Assembly: GCF_001194135.2 (NCBI RefSeq)
Contig: NC_068998.1
Location: forward strand, 29,201,806-29,265,805
Length of the DNA: 64,000 bases
Source of the DNA: Octopus bimaculoides
Taxonomy: Eukaryota
Direction: 5' to 3'
Below, piece by piece: positions 11,378-24,300 of this stretch. Made by a program: the position numbers and the translations under genes. Numbering within the stretch: the stretch's first letter is position 1; every line of letters starts with the position of its first letter. The notes below the pieces were generated by a model. It was not told where the DNA came from and ran no database searches. It was given only the letters and a program-made list of their open reading frames with translations.

Positions 11378-14300
11378 CTGTAGGTAAAGAGGAAACAAGT
11401 CAGCATTAATAATGACAGAGACAAAATATGTGTGTGTGTGTGTGTGTGTGTGCGTGTGTGCGTGCATGCATATATATAAAGTATGTAAGACATACTGTAT
11501 AAAGCTTACATATAACTCTGTCAAAGGTACTGTTGTGTTTCTGAACAATGGAAATGTTTAAGTGAATTCTAAAAGAAATGCTACACTTTTTAAAACGATT
11601 CCATTTGATGTATTTTTCAAACAAATTTCTAACATTTAACTATTCCTCAGGAATTTAATGACTATACCATATCAGAAACTACAAAATATAAAATGTATTA
11701 AATGTCTGATTCAAGGAAATTTGCTCCTAGAAGTTAATGAAAGTTAATAAGATCTTTCATGAAAGTTTCTATTTCAATTTGAACCCTGACTCTTTGCTTT
11801 TCGAAACAAGATTTCTGGTATTGAGAAACAAAACAATGACATTCAATGGCTTTACAACAAATTTGTTGAATGACACCAGCAAATATACTTAAATCAAAAG
11901 TTCATGATTGCAAATCAACCAGGCTTAGATTAAGCTAAACAAGATAAACACAGAATAGACAGTCAAGGCAGACAGGAATGAAGGAGTCACACAGACACAG
12001 AAATGAGAGTAATCAAGTGTCACATCACACATTACTATCAGCCAATGTGAATGACACTGACTCTAATCTAAATATGGCAGGGGAGACGCATTCATTCTTT
12101 CAAACTGTACTTTATCTACACATTATCACACAAGCTGCCAGATTTAATTACTAAGTGAACACATTCTCAGAATCAGACCACAACATAAGTCTGATTTTCC
12201 AACTTTACTCTTTTCTTGGAACACTTATGTTCCAGACATCTTATGCAGATAATAATGTATTGCTTTCATTAACTTCTAGGAACAAATTTCCTTAAATCAG
12301 ACATTTAATACATTTTACATTTTGTAGTAATATCCTCAAAAATTATTACTGCTCACTGACTCAAAAGGAGTAGCATATTCCTATTGAGTAGGAGAAGTTT
12401 CTAGCTAGAGAATGTCCCAGTATAAAATGAAGGAGAAGAACACAAAAATTATGCTCCAGCAGCAGCAGCGGCTGTAGTAGTAGTAGCAGCAGCAATTACA
12501 GCAGCTGTGGCATAGTTTCAAGTAGGCTATATTTGAATAGATCTTTCATGAAAGACATTTCAGCAGTGATTAACTCCTCTTTTTTGTAAGCCTAGGTTCC
12601 TATAGCCCAATGTCTCTTTCCTGGTAGGGTGTGATTTGATAAAGATTTAGCTGCTATTTCTTGTGTAGAGGTATACATACATACGTGTCTACCAGCACAC
12701 ATATATACATAAGTAAATGCATACAACAGGTGATAATGTGCAGTATAAGGTTGTGGGTTCATTACCTGGATGGAACAATGATTTGTGTCCTTGATTTCAT
12801 GTTGTCTCAGCTTACTCAGCTGTAAATGAGGACCAACCAATTTCTGGTGAAGCACTTTCTCCACCTGCCAGCAATTACATATCCTGAATGCATTGTTGGA
12901 TGAGAGGCTGAGAGGGGTGTCTATGTCATCTTATGACTATGTAAGCACCTAAAGCAATTAGCAAAAATAGGGTAGATGAGATGCAGTTTGATTATGTGTC
13001 TGGGAAGAGTGCTACAAATGCCATCTTCACAGTGAGACAACTGCAGGAGAAGTATCTGGCCAAAAATAAACCATTGTACTTGGCTTTCATTGACCTGGAG
13101 AAAGCTTTTGACAGAGTCCCTTGCTCCTTTGTCAAGTGGTCTCTAAAGAAGCTAAGAGTAGATGAGTGGTAAGTTAGAGCTGTACAAATCATGTAGAGTG
13201 GTGCCGTCAGTAGGGTAAGAATTGGCTACAAGTACACTGGAGAATTTAGTGTACAAGTAGGGATACACCAGGGCTCAGTTCTCAGTCCACTCTTATTCAT
13301 CAAAGTTTTCCAGGCCATAACAGAGGAATTTAAAACTGGATGCCCAACTACAACATGCTGATGATCTCGTACTTACTGCAGAATCTTTAGCAGAATTGGC
13401 CAAGTTCCAGCAATGTTGTTGTTAGCAAGAAACCAAATGAGACTCTCTTTCCATCAGGTAAATAGCCCTTCTCAATATGTAGGAAAGGCGTTGGAAGAAA
13501 TTCCATTTGTCAGACCCAGTGCAAGTTGTGGACACATAAGAAGTGCAGTGGAATCACAGGTAGGTTAACAGAGAAAGTTGTCTTTGTATGTGGCAGATGC
13601 ACAGGAACATTAAGCGCTAAGAACACATGGGAATTAGACTCTCTCAAATGCCCAGGAGGCTCTCTTGAAGTGGTAGTTAGTTTCTGTTAGCTAGATAACC
13701 AATTTAGCAGTGGTGGAGGATGTTCTGAAAGTATTGTTGCAGGAATTAAAATAGTGTAGAGGAAGTTCAGAGAGCTATTACCTCTGTTGACAACAAAAGG
13801 ACTCTCTCCCAGAGTGAAAGGCAAATCATACGATGTTTGTGTACAAATGGCTATCTCCATGATAGTGAAATGTGGACTTTGAATGCAAAAGACATGAGCA
13901 GACTAGACAGGAATAAAGCTGGTATGCTCTGATGGATATGCCACATTAGGGAGCATGTACAACGAAGTGCAAATGTGCAGAGAGAAAAGTTGTGCATAAG
14001 AGGAATCAGATGCAGCATATGAGAGAGAAGACTATGTTGGATGGGACATGTGATGCATATGAATGAAGACAGTTGTAATAAAGAAGTGCTGATCCCTTAA
14101 AAAGGATGGTACTTGTGGAAGAGGATGAGCCAAGAAGAAATGGAATGAAGTAGTGAGGACTCATCTCAAGATGTTGGGCCTCACAGAGGAGATGACAATG
14201 GAATGAGATATCTGATGATATGAAGTTCTTGAGAAGAGCCGCCCACCACAGTGAAACTGAGCTCTGGTAGTGCTGTATGATCCACCCACATTTAACATTG

Positions 14301-17300
14301 AGTTTTCACATACCCTGCCTCAATAAACCAAACTACATCTCCTCTTCCTCACATTCCTCATGCACTCCACTTACCTCTCCTTCCCTTCCCACTCCTGCAG
14401 CCCAATCCAGTCCTCTCTATCCTGCTAACTGTATCATTGCTGTCTTCTTGTCCCCCACCTCTATATACCCAGGTTTCACCAGTCGTTGCATCCTACTATT
14501 TTGCATTCACATAAACTCCCTACTCATGCATCCTAGGCAATACTCTCCATCCCATTTACATTTTCATCTATTTTCAACTGCATCGCCACCTCTCTCGCTC
14601 CCTCTCACCTTTGTTCTCTTTCACTCTTGCTTTCTCTCTCTCTCTCTCTCTCTCTCGCTCTCTCTCACTCTCCCTCTCTGTCTCTGACTGGGGTAACCAT
14701 GTAGCTCTACTGCAAGACACTTATTTCTGTTCCTCTGCCATACTCTAACCTCTCGTCACCTAGCACAAAGCCATCTCCTCCATTAACTCTTCACCACTCA
14801 AAGGATCTTCATCTTGCAATTTTTTTGGTGACCTCACAAGAGCTGGTGCCATGTTAAATGCAACCAGTCCACTCTGTAAAATGGTTGGCATTAGGAATGG
14901 CATCCAGCCTTAAAAACCATGTCAAAACAGACCTCATCAGTGCTGGTGCCATGTAAAAAACACTTAGTTTATTCTATAAAGTGGCTGGAATTAGGATGGG
15001 CATCCAGCAGTAAAAACCATACTAAAACTGAGTGGGACTTGCCAGTGTCCATCAAACTGTCCAAGATGGATATTAAATGATGATGATGATAATGATGATG
15101 GTACTTGTTACCAAACCATACTTGCTTGCAAGTGATGGCTGGCTATACTATACAGTACTATACATATCACATACAAATATTCCATTGTTTCTCTTTAATA
15201 ATGTATCCAATGTTTCAAGATTTTGTTGAATCCCAATTTCACAGACTAGCTTGCAATGACAAAAAATATCAAACTTACCTTGAAAACAACTGGTTTAATT
15301 TTTTTTCTGACACTTCAGGTAAAACATTTCCTACCCACAATGCTGTCAATCCTTCGGGATTTGCTGGGCTATAAATAACATATCAATAATTAATTGAGGG
15401 AATAAATGAATAATATTATATGACCAGCTAACTGATTTGCAAGGCTTCATTTACCCTCAAATTACCTCAACTGTCTCAAACTTTCAGTCTCTTTCCTACC
15501 ACTACCACAATAGTACCTGTTTTACTCACCAAGCAAGCTGTTTACCACCCTACTTCACATTCATCTAATATACCAGCATTTCACCTTCTCATCATTCTTA
15601 GTCTATTCCAACACAAATCTTTTTCTCAAGAAAGGCAATATTCTGGAACTCTCAACCCGGAGTTGGCTACCATTGCAGTTAGTCTTTCAATAAACTACTC
15701 GAAGACGAAGATCACAATCATTAGTGAAAATGCTAGTGAGGATAATCTTACACTTTCATCGAGTCAGATGCTGATCTCTGTTACCTGGGCTCTCATAGTT
15801 GCTTGGCCAGTACAAAAGACTAACATTCATAAAGTGATAACATTGTCAACATCTGAAAATTTGAAAACTGTCATGTGACCTAAAAGTACACCTGTTTCAT
15901 GCTATAGTAGAATCTGTTCTGTTCTACGGCTAGGCATGTTGGTCTTTTATGGAAGCCCAACAATGATCATTAGATGGCACATACACTTGACTTCTGCTCA
16001 AGGATTTTAACATCTCTTATGCGAATCATATATCAAACAAGTCACTACTTGAATTTATGTTTGTCTGGCTAACACTGTCAGCTAAACAACGCCAAGTTCC
16101 TCTCATAACACATCTGTTACCCATACCACAGTCATCCACATCTTTTACACACACACCTTTACCTCTCACACCTCTTGTACCCATGCTTATATTGCATTTC
16201 ATAGAACTGAAGTTGACATATATTATATGATGGAGTCCTTGCAAACAGTCAGATGGCTTTTGTTAATATATAGTTTAAGATATGTATGTGTGCAGGAACA
16301 GTACCATTCCATACTCCATTGCAGGTTTTATTTGAACTTTGTATTTGGTCAGCAATTGGTCAGAGGTGAAGAATTTTCTACTGTTGAAGCCAAAGGCCAG
16401 AATATAGACAAAATGCAAAAGATAATGATTAGTTAAAATTAAAGCTAATACATAACACTGAACTTAAAAGGGATTACCCTCAAGATGTTTGTATCTTTTA
16501 CTGACAAATGTCTCAAAAATGCTCACTGGTGCATTTGGTTGCACATGTACACAATTTGAGAAATAATTAAGTGGACAGGGTCATTGAATACTTTAACTTA
16601 GCCTAACCAGAAATCTTTCACGTTTTATTTCTTTTAATTCTATCTTGCTTTAGTTGCTTTGTTTTACATTTTTAATTATTTCATGCAAATATGGGTGGGT
16701 GTCATCATCATCATCATCATTGTCATTTAACATCTGCTTTCCATCCTAGCATGAGTGGGATAGTTTCACAACTGCCAGCCTGCACAAGTCTTCTGTAACT
16801 GTTTTGGCAGGATTTTTACAGCTGGATGCCCTTCCAAACACCAGCAACTCAGCAGAGTGGACTTAGTGCTTTTTACATGGCACAAACACAGGTGAGGTCA
16901 GTTTTGGCAAGGTTTTTACAGCTGGATGTCCTTCCAAACACCAACCATATCAGAGTGTGAAGTGGATGCTTTTTACATGTCATCCCATGTCTTTCTGGGT
17001 CTCTTCTGCGGGCACCATCCACTTTCAGTGATTAGCACTTCTTTATGTAGCTGTCTTCATTCATATGCATCACATGTCCAAACCAACATAGTCTTCTCTC
17101 TTGCATGCTGCATTTGATTCCTCTTATGCCCAACTTTTCTCTCAATACATTTGCACTTTGCCATACATGCACACTGATGTTGCACATCCAACAGAGCATA
17201 CTACCTTCATTTCTTTCCAGTCTACACTTGTCTTCTACATTCAGAGCCCATGTTTCACTACCATGGAGTATAGCCATTCATACACAAGCATCATACAATC

Positions 17301-18417
17301 TACCCTTCACTCTGAGAGAGAGTCCTTTTGTTGCCAACAGAGGTAAAAGCTCTCTGAACTTCCTCCATCCTATTCTGATTCTAGAAACAATACTTTCAGA
17401 GTATCCTCCACCATTGCTAATTTGATCACCCAGATAACAGAAACTATGTACAACCGCCAAAGAGCCTCTTGGACATTTGAGAGAATCTAAGTCCCATGTG
17501 CTCTTAGTGCTTATTGTTCCTGTACATCTGCCACATACAAAGATGACTTTATCTCTTAATCTACCTGTGATTCCGCTGCACCTCTTATGTGTCCATAGTT
17601 TACACTGGGTACAGTGAATGGAATGTCTTCCAACTCCTTTCCTAAATATTGAACAGGGTCAAATGATGGGAAGAGAGTTTTATCTTCTTACTAACAACAA
17701 TTTTAATCTTAGCTAGGTTAACTTTAAAGCGCTTTGATTCCAGGTTTTGTTTCTATATCTGGAATTTCTTCTCTAATTCTGCTAAAGATTCTGCAATAAG
17801 AGCAAGGTCATCAGCATATAGCAGTTCCCACAGGCACCCAGTTTTGAATTCCTCTGTTATAGGTCATATGGACAACTGTGTGTGTATAAAATATGTACAT
17901 GTATATATGTGTGTGTATATATATGCACATATATGCATATCATCATCATCATCATCGTTTACCGTCCACTTTCCATGCTAGTATGGGTTGGACGATTTGA
18001 CTGAGGACTGGTGAACCGGATGGCTACACCAGGCTCCAATCTGAGTTGCTACAGCTGGATGCCCTTCCTAACGCCAACCACTCCAAGAGTGTAGTGGGTG
18101 ACTTTACGTGCCACCGGCACGAAGGCCAGTGAGGTGGTACTGGCAATGGCCACGCTCAAAATGGTGTATTTTACGTGCCACCTGCACAGGAGCCAGTCCA
18201 GCGGCACTGGCACGATCTCGCTCGAATGTCTTTACNNNNNNNNNNTTTACGTGCCACCTGCACAGGAGCCAGTCCAGCGGCACTGGCACGATCTCGCTCG
18301 AATGTCTTTACACATGCCACTGGCACAAGTGCCAGGAAGGCGACACTGGACACAAGTGCCATCATGATTTCGCCTTCACTTGCCCCAACAGGTCTTCACA
18401 AGCCGAGTTTCGTGTCT

Positions 18418-18476
<59 letters not shown>

Positions 18477-21309
18477 GCATATATGTATGTGTGTATATCT
18501 TTAAAATCTTCATGTGTACTTTATATATTGTACAATGTCTCTCACTATTTCCCTACATATTTGTAATCAAGTCTTTTACATACTGCATTTTCTTCTCTTT
18601 CTTTGTAACTTCTAGTAAAAGTTTCACACTTTTTGCAACTCTTTGAGTCCTTGAGATTAATAAAGGAAAGATTATCGTTATTATTGTTGTTGTTGTTATT
18701 ACTATTATTAGGATTAGTAATTAAGAGTGATGACAGCCTTGGAGAAACTCTGGTTGTCAATGAAAAATCAGTTGGCTGGTCTTTTCTGGAGGACTTTCGA
18801 GCCAGAACTCAGAGATAATTTCCAAAAACATTTGAACCTGGCAGTGCTACTGGGGAAGTGTGTGTGGAGGGGGTGGGGTCATTGCCAGTTCAGGATAAAC
18901 TCTATAGGCATGGTAGTGCTATCAGCTGTGCCTGAGAATGTCTGCAGAGCAACGGAACTGTCTTGTATGCACTTGTACAGTGTTCAAGTATTACTGACTT
19001 GTGGAATTATGTTGAACAACTGCTGTCCCATGTGGGACAGATCTGGCTATCAGCCAACTCCATTGTGAAGGTCAACCTACTGCCTTCCTGTGATTGAGAG
19101 ATACAAGTAGCTTTTCCTCTATCTGGTGGCTATGGCAAAAGTGGTTATGTGGTTGATGACTTGAAAGAACTGAAGACAGACGATTTCCTCTTCAGCCAAG
19201 ACCACACTGACTTTTTAAAATTCCATTTGAAAAAAAATGTGAAGATTAAGAGGGATGTACTGCCTCACAATAAATTTATTGAAAAGTGGATGAATGTGGG
19301 GAGGGTGGCCCAAGTAAGTAGGCCTGCTCTAAGGTGGTGCCTGTAGGCTGATGAATACAGAGGAGACAGGAGCACTTGCCATGGTGCTGTCAATGAATAG
19401 GATATGTTGGGATTTGTGGGCTTCCTTTATTGCCCCAGGGTGACATTTTTGTCCTTCTATTGGGGATTTAGTTTGTTAAGATTTCTTTGGAAATTGCTAC
19501 TGTTTTTATAGTTTACACATTTCTATGTAAATCTCCAGTGTCCTTTGTCTCTGTATTGTCCTAAATGGCTTTTTGCAGCCGTTGTGGCCAATAAAGTATT
19601 ATTATTATTATTTTTTTTTTTTTTTCAAAAAAGCAGCAGCAAAAAAAGGCTGCAAGCTGGCAGAATTGTTAGCACAGCAGGCAAAATGCTTAGTGGCATT
19701 TCCTCTTGGTCTACATTCTGAGTTCAAATTCCGCCAAGGTCAACTTTGCCTTTCATCTTTTCAGGGTCATTAAATACCAGTGAAACACTGGGGGTCAATG
19801 TAATTGATTAGTCCCTCCCCCAAAATTTCAGGCTTTGTGCCTTTAGTAGAAAGGATTATCATTATTATAAACATTATTATGATTAGGACACTGGTTGCTC
19901 TCATTCATATTTTGATTTGAATTTCTATAATTTTGAATTTTTATCACTTTTCATTTTGAACTCAACAAAGACAGGCTAGCTGTTGAAATATCATCACCAA
20001 TAAAATATCTATTGCAATCGCATCATGCTCTTCGTATAGTCTATTTACTTTTGTGAAGAGTAACACCAATCCTATTAAAATATTATTATTAATATTATTA
20101 TTGAGTGAGAGAGCAGTGCATGCCATCAAAGTGACACTGGGGTAAAATATATGAAGCCCAGTACATCTATCAGGACTACCCGTCTGATAAGAGCACACTA
20201 GGCACATACATCACAACCATATGTGCGCGACATGGTGATCTCATATCAAGATAAACAGCACATGAATTTGCAGATGGGGATCAGTTAGAATTTTCTTCAG
20301 TTAGAATGCTTCACACTAGGAAGGACTCTAAAAGTCAAGCTACCATAATAAACACATTTTACCGAACACAAGGGAATGCAATTCTCGAAGCAAGCCCCCT
20401 TATGTATAGTAAAACCCTTAATATAAATAAATATATTTATAGGGAATAATTAATAAATTTTTCCCTTATGAGGTTTTTTCATGCTAACTACTTGATAAAT
20501 TCTTATAAAGATTTTATCCTTTATTTAAATTGTAAATTTAACCAGAATATATTCAGTGCTGAATTTTATTCTGAACAAACACGTGTACCGAGATNNNNNN
20601 NNNNCACAACCATATGTGCGCGACATGGTGATCTCATATCAAGATAAACAGCACATGAATTTGCAGATGGGGATCAGTTAGAATTTTCTTCAGTTAGAAT
20701 GCTTCACACTAGGAAGGACTCTAAAAGTCAAGCTACCATAATAAACACATTTTACCGAACACAAGGGAATGCAATTCTCGAAGCAAGCCCCCTTATGTAT
20801 AGTAAAACCCTTAATATAAATAAATATATTTATAGGGAATAATTAATAAATTTTTCCCTTATGAGGTTTTTTCATGCTAACTACTTGATAAATTCTTATA
20901 AAGATTTTATCCTTTATTTAAATTGTAAATTTAACCAGAATATATTCAGTGCTGAATTTTATTCTGAACAAACACGTGTACCGAGATGCAATTCGAAAAG
21001 CCCACCTCTTACATAGATATATATAGTGATAAACAATTTCTATGTACTATGCTGGATACATGGAGTGTTCGTCTGGTATGTTGATTTTTGTTTATTTTTA
21101 TGTGTCTTGACTATGTGTGTACTGAAAAATAAAGAGTGCATATTCAGCACTGATTACGAAATCATGATATACCACTAAGTCTAATTTTAGGAGGCTCGCT
21201 TCGAGAATTCCCTCGTGTTTGGTAAAATGTGCTTATTATGGTAGTTTGACTTTTAGAGTCCCTCCTAGCGCGAGGCATTTATGTATAGTAATGCCCTTAA
21301 TATAAATAA

Positions 21310-21370
<61 letters not shown>

Positions 21371-24300
21371 TATATTATATTTTTATGTGTGCATTTGTGT
21401 CTGTGTTTGGCCCACCACCACCACCACCACCATTGTTTGACAACTGATGTTGGTGTGTTTGCATCCTTGTTACTTAGCTGTTTAGCAGAAGAGACTGACA
21501 GAATAAGCACCAGGTTTACAGGGAATAAGTCCAGGGGTCCATTTCTTCAACTAAAGGGTGGTGCTCCAGCATGGCTACCATCAAATGATTGAAACAAGTA
21601 AAATAATAAAAGAATACCTGAAGAATGTTCCATACCACTAAACCAAGAAGGTTCTTTGAATATGTACGATGTATTTTAAGGCTAAATAGTAATTCTGTTT
21701 AGGTTTGCGTAACCAAGATATTTTGGTTGGGTTATATAGTTATCAGTTTTACACATCTTTCTATATTCTGTAATTGTCACAATATAGAAACATTTCTCAT
21801 GGCACCAGCACATAATTTACAGATATTTACATCTTTTATATTTTCCATGAATTTTTCACAGGTCCAACAAGTTATTATTATTAATATCATTATTATTACT
21901 AGAAGAAAGACCACCCTCCAGGTGGTATGTCTTACATCTAATTATTTCTTTGTATAATAGTGCTCACTTGCTTAGTAAGTATTGCTTTCATTATTTTATC
22001 ACAGTTATAATCTCTCTTTTTTAAACAAACATCATGGTAGTTCAACAACAGAGGGAGAAGTAGGTTGTCAAGTTTTACCTTCCCCTCAAAGCAACATAGA
22101 GATTTCAGTTCAGCAGCCCTTCTGTAAGCTTTGCAGTATATGAGAGAGAGTGAGTGTGTGAGGAGAGAGAACATTGCAAACAATGAATGAAATAAACATG
22201 AAATAAAAAATTGTATAACTAAAAGGGCAATACTACAGATGTATATGCCCCCGACTTTGTTGCCTTATAACATCCAGAAAAATGGATACTTTTTAAAATT
22301 TTCTACAAATACTGCTTAGATGTTGTGGCTTCAGAGTATATGGGGATTTATGAGAAAGAGTTTTTCCAAACGGGTGGAGAGAAGAGTTTTGGAAAATTCA
22401 CATGATCTGATTTCTTTCTCTTGTAACTCTTTAGGAAGATGGATATCTTTTAATGAAAGTTTATAGAAATCCCTTTCAAATGGCATAGATTATGATTATA
22501 AAGAAATTTGTGGGGAAAGTTTTTTCAGGGATATTCCTTATTTTTTTTTTTAAACCACAGCCTTCGAAATGATTGAGGGGGGTATCTTTGTATGAAAAAT
22601 GTTTTGTAAACTCTTTTTTTTAACACCCCCTCCCTCATCAGCCCACTCTAGACCTATGTTGACCACTTGCACTTCAAAATCATGGGAAGAGCATTTTCGG
22701 TAAAAATCTTTTTTTAAATTGTTAATATTTTCAGAGGGAAAAGTGNNNNNNNNNNNNNNNNNNNNNNNNNNNNNNNNNNNNNNNNNNNNNNNNNNNNNNN
22801 NNNNNNNNNNNNNNNNNNNNNNNNNNNNNNNNNNNNNNNNNNNNNNNNNNNNNNNNNNNNNNNNNNNNNNNNNNNNNNNNNNNNNNNNNNNNNNNNNNNN
22901 NNNNNNNNNNNNNNNNNNNNNNNNNNNNNNNNNNNNNNNNNNNNNNNNNNNNNNNNNNNNNNNNNNNNNNNNNNNNNNNNNNNNNNNNNNNNNNNNNNNN
23001 NNNNNNNNNNNNAATCGACAAGCATTTATTCCCTACAAACTGTAAGTTTTTTGGAAAATCTTTTTGTAAATCTTGAGATTAACACCCGCACGATTACCTA
23101 CCTAACCCTAACCCTAACCCTAACACTAGTAAAAATCGTGCGGGTATTAATCTGAAAATTTAACAATCTTTTTTAAAACACATTTACTTACTAACATTTT
23201 TTTATTTAGTGTGTGTGTGTTGCCCATATATATATATACACTTAAGACTTAGTTGTGGGTTGGGAGTTTGATCAGCAGAGGTCATTATTATTATTATTTT
23301 CAATTTTTCTCACAAGGGTGGATTGGAGCAGGTGGACAATAGTTGATTATATCGACCCCTGTGTTCAAATGGTACTTATTTTTTACACACTGAAAGGATG
23401 AAAGGCAAAGTTGACATCGGCAGAATTTAAACTCGGAACGTTGAGATGGGCACAAACCTCCCATCGCGACACTGATTCTGCAGAACAGGGTTGAGTGTGA
23501 AAACCAACTTTAAAGTGTAAATATAGATGTTCTTGAATACACACTCATACATACATACGTACAAATACACACATACATACAAATAAACACATACATACAA
23601 ATACCTGTCACTCACTTCCAAATATGATCGATAGTCAAACATTTATTCCCTACAAAATGAATTTTTGGAATATCTTTCTTAAAACGCACTTACTTACTAC
23701 CATATATATAGAGAGAGACACAATACACATTAATACACACATACATACAAATACCTGTCATTTTTTTTATTTAGTGTGTGTGTGTGTGTGTTGCCCATCT
23801 TAATATATAATGCTGAAGTTGTGTATCTGTGTGAAGCCTTTTTTAAAAGTTTATAGAAATTAACATTTTCCACTTTTTCGTAAAAATTTTTACATCAATA
23901 CAATTTTCTCGATATGAACTTTCCAGTGCAGTAATTAGATCTTTAAAATTCCGTTTACTTTGTGTGATTTAAGGGAGATTTGGGTGTTGTTTCTAGCAAC
24001 TTTTATATTTCTTCCCTTCTACCTGTACCAGCGTTCTTACACATCGATCACGCGCTCAACATATAATATAGAGAGTAACAGTAAAAGAGGGAGAGAGAGA
24101 GAGAGAGAAAGTGATACATACAAAGTCATAGATTAACTTGCTTTAAGATTATTCTTTCCGTCTACCTTTTCACTCTTACTTCGTTCTTCTTCCTCTCTCC
24201 CATTTAATAGCTTTCTTNNNNNNNNNNNNNNNNNNNNNNNNNNNNNNNNNNNNNNNNNNNNNNNNNNNNNNNNNNNNNNNNNNNNNNNNNNNNNNNNNNN

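Noticed and set aside
16026-16244. ORF with an EGF-like looking CVKDVDDC...C..C stretch
   Set aside because: It is short and lies between LINE fragments, the cysteine spacing is incomplete, and it has no convincing splice context.
18170-18311. Exact 66-bp direct duplication
   Set aside because: It also flanks a 10-N gap; likely the same artefact, within a repetitive LINE tail.
20545-20594. Hammerhead-like remnant (gaat/attc stem, AAAC-acgt-GTA)
   Set aside because: The CUGANGA core would need a 5-nt deletion to be restored and helix I does not pair; too degenerate to claim.
20212-20987. Exact 383-bp direct duplication (20212-20594 and 20605-20987)
   Set aside because: Identical copies on either side of a 10-N gap are the signature of unmerged overlapping contig ends, so this is most likely an assembly artefact.
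21956-22122. Possible exon AYRRAAELKSLCC...ILTKQ with a gtgagc donor
   Set aside because: The phase is incompatible with exons F and G, which already join cleanly.
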